64,000 nucleotides of DNA, from positions 66,732 to 130,731 of the forward strand of contig JAIXWW010000021.1 in the NCBI GenBank assembly GCA_027491085.1. Direction: 5' to 3'. Position numbers and translations under genes: made by a program. Below the pieces are notes generated by a model. It saw only the letters and a program-made list of their open reading frames with translations. It was not told where the DNA came from and made no database searches. Origin of the DNA: Bacteroidota bacterium (GTDB taxonomy: Bacteria > Bacteroidota > Bacteroidia > UKL13-3). How positions within the stretch are numbered: the first letter of the stretch is position 1; each line of letters begins with the position of its first letter. Shown piece by piece: positions 37,206 through 47,749 of this stretch.

Positions 37206-39242
37206 ATGTTAAAAATAATAAGTTCAAAAGCCGTAATTATATTCTGTTTATTTTGTTTGTTTCATGTAACTGCTTGTAAACGACAAGTTGACGAAGAAAT
37301 AGTTACTATTAATGGTCCTGTTAACAATTTAGAAGATTTAAAAATTCCTAATGGATTTAACTACCAAACTACCCGAACCAATAATTTAAAAATTACTTTA
37401 CTAGATGCAGAAGGAAATGTATACAATAATGCAATTGTGTATATAATGGATAATAGTTTTGAATTAGGTGGACGAATTTTGGCCAAAGGCATAACTAACG
37501 AGAATGGAGTTTGGGAAACTAAAGTTGAGGTTCCTTTATCATTAAATTATTTGGTAATTAATACTTCAGCTGTTAATATCCCTCAAGATGTAATGTTAAA
37601 CAATTATCCAATGGTGGTAGCATCATTAGGTGGATTGAATTTTAATCCAAAAACTGTAGAAAATCCTATCTTAAGAAAAACAAGTTTTGGAAAATTGCCA
37701 GGTAAAATTTCTACAAAGCTTGGTACTTGGAATACCACCACCGGAAAGCCTAATTACCTAGAACCGGTAAATGATGTAGTTTCAACTACATTTTTAAATA
37801 ATATAAATACTTTTTTACCTCCAAAAATAAATTTGCCCAACAGGTATCCTGCCATGTTGGATGATAATTTTTATAGAAGAAATATTCTCACTACTAATCT
37901 TTGCGATGTATATATAACTTTTATTAAAGAAACTGCTGGACAACGAAATGTGTTGTTTTATTATACCTACAACGTTAATAATCCTCCGGCTACAGCTGCT
38001 GCAATTGATTCTCTTTATGTAATTTATCCCAATACTTCATTCACAGGATCTGGTGGTGATTTGTCCACAGGAAATAAAGTTAAAATTGGTAGATTTGGAA
38101 AAGATACCGTGATAGCTTTTGGTATTTTAGCTGATGGGTACGATAATACAACTGGAAATATTTTACCAATTGGTTCAAGGTATATTTTTTATGGCAACAA
38201 AGATTTTAATCCTGAAACAAATGCTTTGTACCGCCAACATTTGGTTTTTGTTTATGAGCCATCAAGCCAAAGGTTTGTTTTAGGTTTTGAAGATGTAAAT
38301 AGAAACCCTGCTGGAAGTAGTGATAATGACTTTGATGATGTGGTTTATTATGCCACTGTCAATAATATTGCAAATGTAAGTTTAGATAAAATTTGTAACC
38401 TGCCCGGTACTTCTGATACTGATGGAGATGGTGTAGATGATGTGAACGATGATTATCCAACAGATCCTTTAAAGGCTTTTAACAATTATTTTCCAGCCTC
38501 TAATAAAACTGCTACTGTTGCTTACGAAGATTTATGGTATTTTAGAGGTGATTATGACATGAATGATGTGGTAATGGACATGCTTACCAATGCTATTACC
38601 AATTCAAGTAATAAGCTAGTTCGTTTTGAAGCCAAATATTGTTTAAGAGCTTCAGGTGGAAGCTTAACTACTGCTTTTGCTATTCAATACCCAATAGCGC
38701 GTACAAAAATTGCAAATCTTTTAGGCGGCACTATAGAGGGAGATAAAACAAATGCCACCATTAGACTATTTGATAATGTGAGGGACCATCAACAAACATG
38801 GAACACAGTTCAAAATGTGGGATATAACGATTCTGTAAACTTTAATTTATCTTTCGACATAAGCGCATTGGTTGATATTTCAGAATTTGGTGTTGGTTTA
38901 CACGATCCTTTTGTTTGGATTAACGAGGCTTCAAAAGGCCGTAATTATGAAATTCATTTGCCGGGTAAAAACCCAACATCAAATGCAACTTACCCACTTT
39001 TAGGATTGGGTGACGATGATACACAATTACTCGGCACTAAAAAATATTTAAGCAAAAATAATTTACCGTGGGCTATAATTATTCCTGAAAGGTTTGATTA
39101 TCCATATGAGTCACAAAATATTACCCAAGCCTATTTAAATTTTGCTAGTTGGGCTCAATCAGGAGGAGGCACCTATAAAGATTGGTACAGTAACTCATCT
39201 GGTTACAGGAATAATTCCAAAATATATGTAAAACCTGAATAA
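37206..39242 (+). CDS. LruC domain-containing lipoprotein (DUF4842 plus thrombospondin type-3 repeat)
   Basis: 678 aa. It has the lipobox HVTAC, GFEDVNRNPAGSSDNDFDDVVYY, DTDGDGVDDVNDDYPTDP, and YEDLWYFRGDYDMNDVV. Confidence 0.7.
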   Translation: MLKIISSKAVIIFCLFCLFHVTACKRQVDEEIVTINGPVNNLEDLKIPNGFNYQTTRTNNLKITLLDAEGNVYNNAIVYIMDNSFELGGRILAKGITNENGVWETKVEVPLSLNYLVINTSAVNIPQDVMLNNYPMVVASLGGLNFNPKTVENPILRKTSFGKLPGKISTKLGTWNTTTGKPNYLEPVNDVVSTTFLNNINTFLPPKINLPNRYPAMLDDNFYRRNILTTNLCDVYITFIKETAGQRNVLFYYTYNVNNPPATAAAIDSLYVIYPNTSFTGSGGDLSTGNKVKIGRFGKDTVIAFGILADGYDNTTGNILPIGSRYIFYGNKDFNPETNALYRQHLVFVYEPSSQRFVLGFEDVNRNPAGSSDNDFDDVVYYATVNNIANVSLDKICNLPGTSDTDGDGVDDVNDDYPTDPLKAFNNYFPASNKTATVAYEDLWYFRGDYDMNDVVMDMLTNAITNSSNKLVRFEAKYCLRASGGSLTTAFAIQYPIARTKIANLLGGTIEGDKTNATIRLFDNVRDHQQTWNTVQNVGYNDSVNFNLSFDISALVDISEFGVGLHDPFVWINEASKGRNYEIHLPGKNPTSNATYPLLGLGDDDTQLLGTKKYLSKNNLPWAIIIPERFDYPYESQNITQAYLNFASWAQSGGGTYKDWYSNSSGYRNNSKIYVKPE

Positions 39243-39244
39243 AT

Positions 39245-39284
39245 AAAAACGCCATTTGCTTTGCAGTAAATGGCGTTTTTATTT
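39245..39284. terminator. Bidirectional rho-independent terminator
   Basis: aaaaacgccattt-gctttgcagt-aaatggcgttttt. Confidence 0.8.
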
Positions 39285-39297
39285 AACAACCTAGAAA

Positions 39298-39648
39298 TTA
39301 TTTTTTTTCTAATCTCATTTGGGTTAAATTATTTAAAACATCAGCATAAACACTGTCTAAATCTGCTGGTTCCTGAAGGTAAAAATCGTAATTTTCTGTA
39401 AACTGTTTTTCATTAATACCATTTTTTTTAAATACAAAATCATAATGCCAAAGCATTGATTTGTTTAAACTATCTGTAACTAAACCAATTTGGTTTACTC
39501 CAGCTTCCGCTATTTGTATATCGGTTAGAATAGCACTCATTTTTTTACGATCAAAAAATGGGTTTGGTTTTAAATTATTATTTTGATTACAAGCAAATGT
39601 TGTAATAACTAATGCAATTAATGCATATTTGTAAACTGATTTTATCAT
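39298..39648 (-). CDS. DUF4296-like lipoprotein
   Basis: The internal start MIKSVYKYALIALVITTFAC carries a lipobox, followed by MSAILTDIQIAEA. The longer tracked ORF would overlap the yggS-like gene. Confidence 0.5.
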   Translation of the reverse strand: MIKSVYKYALIALVITTFACNQNNNLKPNPFFDRKKMSAILTDIQIAEAGVNQIGLVTDSLNKSMLWHYDFVFKKNGINEKQFTENYDFYLQEPADLDSVYADVLNNLTQMRLEKK

Positions 39649-39649
39649 A

Positions 39650-40312
39650 ATGAGTATAGCTGCAAATATTGGGAAAATAAAACAAGAACTAAGCCAAAAT
39701 GTAAAATTAATTGCAGTAAGTAAAACCAAACCGGTGCAAACCCTTATGGAAGCTTACGATGCAGGGCAAAAAATTTTTGGCGAAAATAAAGTACAAGAGT
39801 TGTTAACTAAGTACGAGCAAATGCCAAAAGATATAGAATGGCATATGATTGGACATTTGCAAAGCAACAAAGTAAAATATATTATTCCTTTTATTCATCT
39901 CATTCATTCAGTTGATAGTGAAAACTTACTGGCTGAAATTAATAAACAAGCTGCTAAATTGAATAAAGTACAAAAAGTACTTTTGCAAATTAGTATAGCA
40001 GATGAAGAAACTAAATTTGGTTTTGAGCAAGGACATCTTTTAAAGGTAATTGACAAATATTTAAACGATGAGTTTGAAAATGTGGAGATCATTGGACTCA
40101 TGGGAATGGCTACTTTTACTGATAACCTTGACCAAATAGCTGGTGAATTTGCAGGTTTGAAAAAATTGTTTGATGAAATAAAATCAGATTATTTGAGTAA
40201 CCAAGATTCGTTTAAGCAAATATCTATGGGAATGAGTAGCGATTACAAATTAGCCATAGCTAATGGAAGTACCATGATTAGGGTTGGGAGTAACATATTT
40301 GGTGGTAGGTAA
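39650..40312 (+). CDS. yggS: YggS family pyridoxal-phosphate homeostasis protein
   Basis: 220 aa. Motifs are LIAVSKTKP, FGENKVQE, WHMIGHLQSNK, LSMGMSSDY and MIRVGSNIFG. Confidence 0.9.
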   Translation: MSIAANIGKIKQELSQNVKLIAVSKTKPVQTLMEAYDAGQKIFGENKVQELLTKYEQMPKDIEWHMIGHLQSNKVKYIIPFIHLIHSVDSENLLAEINKQAAKLNKVQKVLLQISIADEETKFGFEQGHLLKVIDKYLNDEFENVEIIGLMGMATFTDNLDQIAGEFAGLKKLFDEIKSDYLSNQDSFKQISMGMSSDYKLAIANGSTMIRVGSNIFGGR

Positions 40313-40356
40313 AAGTTCAATTTTTTTTGTTGAATAATTTAAAGTGTATAAATGTT

Positions 40357-40773
40357 ATGGCTCAAAATAAAACAGTAGAAACAATAGAAAGTGTAGCCAA
40401 TTTTTTAGCTACCGTTACCGATGAAACCAAAAAACAAGATTGCTTAAACATGGTAACCATTATGGAAAAAGTTACTGGATTTAAAGCCAAAATGTGGGGT
40501 CCAAGTATTGTAGGTTTTGGCTCATACCATTACAAATACGAGAGTGGGCGAGAAGGTGATGCTCCTTTGGTTGGCTTTTCGCCTCGAAAAAACGAAATAT
40601 CTCTTTACCTATCATCGAGCTTTGAAAACAGAGATACTTTACTTGAAAAGTTTGGCAAATATAAAAGTGCCAAGGCTTGTATTTACATAAAAAAGTTAGC
40701 TGATATAGACCAAGAAATTTTAAAAGAAATGATAGCCTTATCGGTTAAACATGTTAAAAGTATGTATCCTTAA
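40357..40773 (+). CDS. DUF1801 (YdhG-like) domain protein
   Basis: It starts MAQNKTVETIESVANFL. Family-typical patterns are MWGPSIVGFGSYHYKY and ACIYIKKLADID. Confidence 0.6.
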   Translation: MAQNKTVETIESVANFLATVTDETKKQDCLNMVTIMEKVTGFKAKMWGPSIVGFGSYHYKYESGREGDAPLVGFSPRKNEISLYLSSSFENRDTLLEKFGKYKSAKACIYIKKLADIDQEILKEMIALSVKHVKSMYP

Positions 40774-40816
40774 TTGAAATGTTGAATGTTGGATTTTGAA
40801 TTCTGAATGTTGGATG
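40774..40816. repeat. Period-7/8 simple-sequence block
   Basis: ttgaaatgttgaatgttggattttgaattctgaatgttggatg is the reverse complement of the ccaacat/tcaacat family. Confidence 0.7.
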
Positions 40817-40902
40817 CAGTTCCGGTAGATTCATAATGAAATTAATTCGTCATGCTAATTCCGAAAAAGCGAAAAAACATTTTTATTAGGTGCGGGAATA
40901 TT

Positions 40903-40984
40903 CGTCATTGCGAGGAACGAAGCAATCTAAAGCTATGATTGGCATTTGCTCGCTTGAGATTGCTTCTCTATGTTCGCAATGACG
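40903..40984. repeat. Inverted pair of the gtcattgcga...agcaatct element
   Basis: The left arm is cgtcattgcgaggaacgaagcaatct and the right arm is agattgcttctctatgttcgcaatgacg. A 28-bp spacer separates them. Confidence 0.7.
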
Positions 40985-41010
40985 TTTGATTTGGAAGAAC
41001 CTTCAAACAA

Positions 41011-41049
41011 AAAAAATCAGCAACCAAAGAATTGATTGCTGATTTTTTT
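41011..41049. terminator. Bidirectional rho-independent terminator (DUF1801 gene / acnA)
   Basis: aaaaaaaatcagcaa-ccaaagaattga-ttgctgattttttt. Confidence 0.75.
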
Positions 41050-41054
41050 ATTAT

Positions 41055-41149
41055 GTAGAGACGTTGCATGTAACGTCTCTTTTATTTTAAGACGTTCAAT
41101 TGAACGTCTCTACTATGTTTTTATTAGACGTTGCATACAACGTCTCTAC
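41055..41149. repeat. Three tandem REP-like hairpins of the (gt)agagacgtt-N6-aacgtctct(ac) type
   Basis: gtagagacgttgcatgtaacgtctct, aagacgttcaattgaacgtctctac and tagacgttgcatacaacgtctctac. Confidence 0.8.
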
Positions 41150-41183
41150 TATGGTCTATCAACTGACAACCATCAACTAACAA

Positions 41184-43451
41184 CTATTTCCCTACACTTG
41201 CTCTGATGATATTTAAAGCACCACCTGCTTTAAACCATTCAATTTGTTGCTCGTTGTAAGTATGGTTAACAGCTATTGTTTCGCTTGAACCATCTTTGTG
41301 GTTTAACACTAATTCTAATTGTTTACCAGGAGCAAAACTTCCTAAACCAATAATATCTATTACATCATCTTCTAAAATTTTGTTGTAATCTTCTTTATTA
41401 GCAAAAGTTAAGCCCAACATACCTTGTTTTTTCAAGTTGGTTTCGTGGATACGAGCAAATGATTTTACCAATACCGCACGAACACCTAAATGACGAGGTT
41501 CCATAGCTGCATGCTCGCGGCTACTTCCTTCACCATAGTTTTCATCGCCTACTACCAAGCTACCAATTCCTTGTGCTTTGTATTCGCGTTGAACTTTAGG
41601 TACTGAAGCATATTCGCCAGTTAATTGATTTTTTACATTGTCAGTTTTTTCGTTAAAGAAATTAACTGCACCAATTAACATATTGTTCGAAATATTATCT
41701 AAGTGACCACGGTATTTTAACCAAGGACCAGCCATTGAAATATGGTCAGTTGTACATTTGCCTTTAGCTTTTATTAACAATTTCAATCCTTTTAAATCGC
41801 TGCCTTCCCAAGCTGCAAATGGATCTAATAATTGTAATCTATCAGAAGTTGGAGAAACTGCAATTGTAACTTGGCTACCATCAGCAGCTGGAGCTACAAA
41901 GCCTGCATCTTCTACTGCAAATCCATTTACTGGTAATTCATCACCATAAGGACCATCTAATTTTACTTGCTCGCCTTTGTTATTGGTTAAAGTATCAGTT
42001 AATGGATTAAAGGTTAAATCACCTGCAATTGCCATAGCGGTTACAATTTCTGGCGAAGCCACAAAAGCATACGTATTTGGGTTACCATCGGCACGTTTAG
42101 CAAAGTTTCTGTTAAATGAGTGAATAATGGTGTTTTTTTCTTGTTTTTCAGCACCCATTCTATCCCACATACCAATACAAGGTCCGCAAGCATTGGTAAA
42201 CACTTTAGCGCCAATTTCATTAAATACATCTAAGAAACCATCACGTTTAATAGTGTAACGAATTTGCTCTGAACCTGGATTGATTAAGTATTCAGCTTTG
42301 GCTGTTAAACCTTTTGATGAAACTTGTTTAGCCAAACTTACAGCTCTAGAAATATCTTCGTAGCTTGAGTTGGTACAAGAACCAATTAAACCTACTGAAA
42401 TTTTAGTAGGCCATCCGTTAGCCAAAGCAGCTTCTTTTAATTTTGATATAGGTGTTGCCAAATCAGGAGTGAAAGGACCATTTACATGTGGTTCTAACTC
42501 CGATAAGTTAATTTCAATTACTTGGTCAAAGTATGCAGCAGGATTTGCATATACTTCAGGGTCGGCAGTTAAATGATGTTTTACTGAATCAGCTAAATCA
42601 GCTACTTCAGCGCGACCTGTTGCTTTTAGGTAACGAGCCATTGAATCATCGTAACCAAATGTAGATGTAGTTGCACCAATTTCAGCACCCATATTACAGA
42701 TAGTTCCTTTTCCTGTACAGCTCATGCTAGTAGCACCTTCGCCAAAATATTCAACTACAGCATCAGTACCACCTTTTACAGTTAAAATACCAGCTACTTT
42801 TAAAATTACGTCTTTTGGAGCAGTCCAGCCGTTTAATTTACCAGTTAATTTTACACCAATTAATTTCGGCATTTTTAGTTCCCAAGGTAAGCCAGCCATC
42901 ACATCGCAAGCATCAGCTCCACCTACACCAATGGCAATCATACCTAAACCACCAGCATTCACTGTGTGGCTATCAGTTCCTATCATCATTCCACCTGGAA
43001 ATGCATAATTTTCTAAAACTACTTGGTGAATAATACCTGCACCTGGTTTCCAAAATCCAATTCCGTATTTATTCGATACTGAACCTAAAAAGTCGTAAAC
43101 TTCTTTACTTTCTTTATTGGCAAATTCTAAATCTTCGGCAGCACCGTTTTTTGCAGTAATTAAGTGATCGCAATGAACAGTAGAAGGAACAGCTACTTTT
43201 GGACGACCTGATTGCATGAATTGCAATAAAGCCATTTGCGCAGTTGCATCTTGCATTGCTACTCTATCTGGACCAAAATCAACATAACTTTTACCTCTTT
43301 CGTAACTATTAGTTGCATTGCCTTCTGTTAAATGGCTGTACAAAATCTTTTCAGTTAATGTTAAAGGTTTGTTTACCACCTTACGGGCAGCTGCAATACG
43401 TTCATCCATTTTGGCGTACACAGCTTTAATCATTTCAATATCAAATGCCAT
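41184..43451 (-). CDS. acnA: Aconitate hydratase (755-aa mitochondrial-type)
   Basis: [17 protein letters not shown] and IGTDSHT. Cluster ligands are GSCTNSS and [21 protein letters not shown] is also present. Confidence 0.95.
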   Translation of the reverse strand: MAFDIEMIKAVYAKMDERIAAARKVVNKPLTLTEKILYSHLTEGNATNSYERGKSYVDFGPDRVAMQDATAQMALLQFMQSGRPKVAVPSTVHCDHLITAKNGAAEDLEFANKESKEVYDFLGSVSNKYGIGFWKPGAGIIHQVVLENYAFPGGMMIGTDSHTVNAGGLGMIAIGVGGADACDVMAGLPWELKMPKLIGVKLTGKLNGWTAPKDVILKVAGILTVKGGTDAVVEYFGEGATSMSCTGKGTICNMGAEIGATTSTFGYDDSMARYLKATGRAEVADLADSVKHHLTADPEVYANPAAYFDQVIEINLSELEPHVNGPFTPDLATPISKLKEAALANGWPTKISVGLIGSCTNSSYEDISRAVSLAKQVSSKGLTAKAEYLINPGSEQIRYTIKRDGFLDVFNEIGAKVFTNACGPCIGMWDRMGAEKQEKNTIIHSFNRNFAKRADGNPNTYAFVASPEIVTAMAIAGDLTFNPLTDTLTNNKGEQVKLDGPYGDELPVNGFAVEDAGFVAPAADGSQVTIAVSPTSDRLQLLDPFAAWEGSDLKGLKLLIKAKGKCTTDHISMAGPWLKYRGHLDNISNNMLIGAVNFFNEKTDNVKNQLTGEYASVPKVQREYKAQGIGSLVVGDENYGEGSSREHAAMEPRHLGVRAVLVKSFARIHETNLKKQGMLGLTFANKEDYNKILEDDVIDIIGLGSFAPGKQLELVLNHKDGSSETIAVNHTYNEQQIEWFKAGGALNIIRASVGK

Positions 43452-43589
43452 AGTATTTAGTTTATTATTTTATTAAAATTCAGTGCTTAAATGCTCAAGC
43501 GGGCGCAATTTACATTTATATAAATTTTTGCAAAAGCAAATAGCCATAAAAAATTTATGATAACGCTTAGTAATTTGATATAGATAATA

Positions 43590-44726
43590 TTATTTAAAAC
43601 TATAAACCAATCCAAGCGAAAATGATGCTCTGCTAACAGCAATAGCTTGATTACCTTTTAAGTTATAATTACTAACGTTGCCATTTTCAGTTAAAGTTAC
43701 ATTGTTTATACTACCTCCAGTTAAGCCTAAATTAGCTGCAAACGATAGTTGATTACTTAATTTGTAATTATACTGAAACTGTGCCGATTGAGAAAAACCA
43801 TTTCCAGTGAAATTTCCTGTATAGTTACCAATTGTTAATTTTTCGTTGTAAATAACCCAATTTAACCCGAGCTGAATAGCACAACTGTGTAACTTTCTAT
43901 TTTTACCGAGCTTTATAAGCAAATTAGGCCCAATTGTGGTAAAATACAAGTTAGTGTTTAATTCACCCAAATAAATAGTTCCATTACTGGCTGTTAAGGT
44001 GGAGTTAGTTGCTGTTCCTCCGGTTAACAATTGATTTAACTGAATTCCCATGAGAAGGTTTTTACGCTTATTGATTGACCTGTGAAATTCTATTCCAATT
44101 CCATATAAAAAACGTTGTTGGTCGTAATAATTTTTAGGGAGTTTCACAATATTACTACTGCTACGCGGATTGCCTGGTTTTAAACCCAATATGGCATTGA
44201 AAGAAATACTGTATTTTTTATTTTCGAAAGTATTTTTAATTATGGCTGAATTGTTTGGTTTAATACTTTGAAGGCTAGCTAATTTACTGTTATCATTTTG
44301 ATCATTCTTGTTACATTTTACCACTTTTTTTACCAGTGAATAGGCAATGCTTTGCTTGGTTTTATTCAATAATTCATAATGAATATACCAATCTGTTTTG
44401 TCCTTTAAAATATGTCCAACTATTACCTCATTTTGTTTTGTATAAATGGTATCAACGCATTGCTCAAATTCTTTATTTTCTTTACTGAAAAAAGCCTTCT
44501 TAATATCTATAATGTTAGAATAGTCAATACTTAATAGTTCAATATTATTGGTGTTTTTATTAAAAAAGGCAATTTCGATATTCTTATGAATAATTTCGTT
44601 TAGTACTTTACAGTTTAAGCTATCATTGGTTTTTAGTATTACCAAATCTTGTGCTAACCCATTATTAATAGTTAAAGCAGCAACAATTATAAAACACCAT
44701 AATTTATAAAAGATTGGTTTATGCAT
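43590..44726 (-). CDS. Hypothetical outer-membrane beta-barrel-like protein
   Basis: 378 aa with a signal peptide. The C-terminal half has alternating beta-strand patterns and ends FSLGLVYSFK. Confidence 0.5.
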   Translation of the reverse strand: MHKPIFYKLWCFIIVAALTINNGLAQDLVILKTNDSLNCKVLNEIIHKNIEIAFFNKNTNNIELLSIDYSNIIDIKKAFFSKENKEFEQCVDTIYTKQNEVIVGHILKDKTDWYIHYELLNKTKQSIAYSLVKKVVKCNKNDQNDNSKLASLQSIKPNNSAIIKNTFENKKYSISFNAILGLKPGNPRSSSNIVKLPKNYYDQQRFLYGIGIEFHRSINKRKNLLMGIQLNQLLTGGTATNSTLTASNGTIYLGELNTNLYFTTIGPNLLIKLGKNRKLHSCAIQLGLNWVIYNEKLTIGNYTGNFTGNGFSQSAQFQYNYKLSNQLSFAANLGLTGGSINNVTLTENGNVSNYNLKGNQAIAVSRASFSLGLVYSFK

Positions 44727-44784
44727 TCTACAAACATATAAAAAACGATGGAGTTAAATAAAAATAAAAAACTGCTAGTCAATA

Positions 44785-44822
44785 AAATGCCCTCAAAAAG
44801 TGTTTAACTATTGAGGGCATTT
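44785..44822 (-). terminator. Rho-independent terminator after the response-regulator gene
   Basis: aaatgccctcaa-N14-ttgagggcattt, with a T-rich tail on the minus strand. Confidence 0.6.
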
Positions 44823-44850
44823 CATAAAAACATTAAAGTATTTTGTCTAA

Positions 44851-45303
44851 TTAATAATATGTAGGAGTAAGTTTACTATTTACTATTTTAGCTTCAATTT
44901 GTTCTACATCTTGTTTAACCAATGGTTTCGATATAAAATCAGTAATCAAGGTGCAATTTTTAGCTTTTACAATATTTCCTTTATCAAAAGTATTTGAAAG
45001 CATAAATATGTTGATATCGTGTTTTATTTTGGATTTTATTTGTTTGAAATCTTCAATAAACTGCCAACCATTACCGTTGGGCATGTCTAAATCCAACAAA
45101 ATTAAATCTGGGAAATTGCTATTTTTTTCAATACAATATTTTAAGTAATCAATGGCTTGATTACCACTATTAGCCGACTCGAAATTTTTGCAATTAATTG
45201 TTCTTTCTAACGTTGTTTTAGTAAGATAAATAGATAAGTTATCGTCATCAATAATTAGAGTATTTTTAATCATAGCTTTAAAATTGTTTTTAATAGTATT
45301 CAA
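44851..45303 (-). CDS. Stand-alone response regulator (receiver domain only)
   Basis: 150 aa. Motifs are LIIDDD, DLILLDLDMPNGNGW and a conserved K in DFISKP. No output domain is present. Confidence 0.8.
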   Translation of the reverse strand: MNTIKNNFKAMIKNTLIIDDDNLSIYLTKTTLERTINCKNFESANSGNQAIDYLKYCIEKNSNFPDLILLDLDMPNGNGWQFIEDFKQIKSKIKHDINIFMLSNTFDKGNIVKAKNCTLITDFISKPLVKQDVEQIEAKIVNSKLTPTYY

Positions 45304-45472
45304 AAATATATTTTAATGCATAGGTTGTTACATTTCATTTGCATAGTTAGTACCAAGTGTTGTTAATATGTCTAAAAGAATTTACAATTATTAGGAATAA
45401 CCAACATCTACAGTAGTTTACCTACTCAAAAATTAGTTGAAAACAATTATTACATAAGCCATAAAACTACCT

Positions 45473-45480
45473 TATTTTTG
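45473..45480 (+). promoter_or_regulatory. Candidate -7 box (TATTTTTG) upstream of parE
   Basis: An exact TAnnTTTG match 31 nt before the ATG. No well-spaced -33 TTG was seen. Confidence 0.3.
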
Positions 45481-45510
45481 CATTATACTTTTAAAAATAT
45501 TTAGAATAAA

Positions 45511-47391
45511 ATGGCTGAACAAGTAACATACAATGACGACAGTATTAAATCGCTGGATTGGAGAGATCATATACGTTTACGTCCGGGAATGTATATTGGT
45601 AAACTAGGCGATGGAAGTTCGTTAGATGATGGAATTTATGTTTTAATTAAAGAGGTGATTGACAACTCTATAGATGAGTTTGTGATGGGCAACGGCCGCC
45701 ATATTGATGTAAAAATTGAAGATAATAAAGTTACCGTTCGCGATTTTGGACGTGGAATTCCATTAGGAAAAGTAAATGATTGTGTAAGCAAAATTAATAC
45801 AGGTGGAAAATACGATTCAAACGCTTTTAAAAAATCGGTGGGATTAAATGGTGTGGGAACCAAGGCTGTTAATGCTTTAAGTTCTTACTTTAAAGTGCAA
45901 GCTTATCGAGATGGAAAAACCAAATGTTCGGAATTTGAAAAAGGTCAGTTAATTAACGACCATAAAATTACCGATACCATGGAACCCGATGGCACCTTAA
46001 TTCAGTTTATAGCCGATAATACTATTTTTAAAAACTACCGATACATTACTGAATTTATAGTTAACCAAATTTGGAATTATACTTACCTAAACGCAGGTTT
46101 AACCATTAATTTTAATGGCGATAAGTATGTTTCGAAAAATGGTTTGATGGATTTATTGAAACGTAAAACCAGCGAAGAGGAATTACGTTACCCCATTATT
46201 CATTTAAAAAGCGATGATATAGAAATAGCTTTTAGCCACGAAAATCAGTATGGCGAAGAATATTATTCGTTTGTGAATGGGCAGCATACCACCATGGGTG
46301 GAACACATTTAAACTACTTTAAAGAAGCTTATGCCAAAACTTTAAGAGAGTTTTACGGTAAAGAATTTGATTTGGCCGATATGCGTCAAAGTATTGTTGC
46401 TGCAGTGAGTGTGCGTATTCAAGAGCCCGTTTTCGAAAGTCAAACTAAAACCAAATTAGGAAGTACTGCCATTTACCCCGATGGACCAAGTTTAAAGCAA
46501 TTTATAGTTGATTATGTAAAAAAGGAACTTGATAATTATTTACATAAAAACAAGGAAACGGCAGAGGCATTATTAAAACGTATTTTACAAAGTGAACGCG
46601 AGCGCAAAGAAATAGCTGGAGTGCGTAAAATAGCCAATGAACGTGCTAAAAAAGCCAATTTACACAATAAAAAATTACGCGATTGCCGCATACATTATAA
46701 CGATAACAATACCGATAAAAAGTATAATACCACCCTTTTTATTACCGAGGGAGATAGTGCAAGTGGAAGTATTACCAAAAGCCGTAATGTGGAGTTACAA
46801 GCAGTATTTAGTTTACGTGGAAAACCTTTAAACTGCTATGGTTTAACCAAAAAAGTGGTTTACGAAAACGAAGAATTTAATTTACTACAACATGCTTTAA
46901 ATATTGAAGAAGGCATTGACGATTTGCGTTATAATCAAATAGTAATTGCTACCGATGCCGATGTGGATGGTATGCATATTCGTTTGTTAATCATGACTTT
47001 TTTCTTACAGTTTTTTCCTGATTTGGTGAAAAATGGGCATTTGTATATTTTAGAAACACCTTTATTTAGGGTTAGAAATAAACAAAAAACCATTTATTGC
47101 TATAGCGAAACCGAAAAACAAAATGCCATTGGTGAACTAAAAGGCAAACCCGAAATTACCCGATTTAAAGGATTGGGAGAAATTAGTCCTGAAGAGTTTG
47201 GATTATTTATTGGTGCCGACATGCGCTTAAAACCTGTGTTATTAAACCAAGATATAACTATTCAAAAATTATTAGAATATTATATGGGTAAAAACACCAT
47301 GGATAGACAAGCTTTTATTATCAATAACTTGCGCATAGAAAAAGACATTATTGTGCCGCAACTTGACGAAGAACTTGGCGAATTGGTTTAG
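45511..47391 (+). CDS. parE: DNA topoisomerase IV subunit B
   Basis: 626 aa. It has a GHKL ATPase ([19 protein letters not shown]), a TOPRIM domain ([23 protein letters not shown]), and N-terminal [17 protein letters not shown]. Size and N-terminus fit ParE better than GyrB. Confidence 0.8.
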   Translation: MAEQVTYNDDSIKSLDWRDHIRLRPGMYIGKLGDGSSLDDGIYVLIKEVIDNSIDEFVMGNGRHIDVKIEDNKVTVRDFGRGIPLGKVNDCVSKINTGGKYDSNAFKKSVGLNGVGTKAVNALSSYFKVQAYRDGKTKCSEFEKGQLINDHKITDTMEPDGTLIQFIADNTIFKNYRYITEFIVNQIWNYTYLNAGLTINFNGDKYVSKNGLMDLLKRKTSEEELRYPIIHLKSDDIEIAFSHENQYGEEYYSFVNGQHTTMGGTHLNYFKEAYAKTLREFYGKEFDLADMRQSIVAAVSVRIQEPVFESQTKTKLGSTAIYPDGPSLKQFIVDYVKKELDNYLHKNKETAEALLKRILQSERERKEIAGVRKIANERAKKANLHNKKLRDCRIHYNDNNTDKKYNTTLFITEGDSASGSITKSRNVELQAVFSLRGKPLNCYGLTKKVVYENEEFNLLQHALNIEEGIDDLRYNQIVIATDADVDGMHIRLLIMTFFLQFFPDLVKNGHLYILETPLFRVRNKQKTIYCYSETEKQNAIGELKGKPEITRFKGLGEISPEEFGLFIGADMRLKPVLLNQDITIQKLLEYYMGKNTMDRQAFIINNLRIEKDIIVPQLDEELGELV

Positions 47392-47749
47392 ATGATTTTT
47401 CGAAATTTATGCTAAACTAATTGATGATAACAGATTCGTCTTTGAATAAAAGTAGATGAAACTGTTTAAAAATTAATTATGGTAAACAATACTTTTATCA
47501 AAACAATACTAGCCAATAAGCTTAAAACACCAATTGTGGCATTTTTTGCAAATGATATTATTTTTTGATAATTAGGTTTCAAAATATTTAGTTTTATTGG
47601 TTGATTAACTAAAATAGTTGGTTTGGTTAAATACATAATTATTGCTTGTTATAGATGCGTTTTAAAGCTAATGGTTTAATAAGTTGCAATAAAAACCTTA
47701 CTTATTTTTATAAAATTACCATAACAATAAGAATTTGTTAAGTACCCAA

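Noticed and set aside
47400-47749. 350-bp gap after parE with no tracked ORF. It may hold a minus-strand ORF of about 57 codons (MYLTKPTILVNQ...) or an ncRNA.
   Set aside because: The ORF is short and AT-rich with no motif. I could not verify its ends confidently by eye, and I saw no conserved RNA structure or known ncRNA signature.
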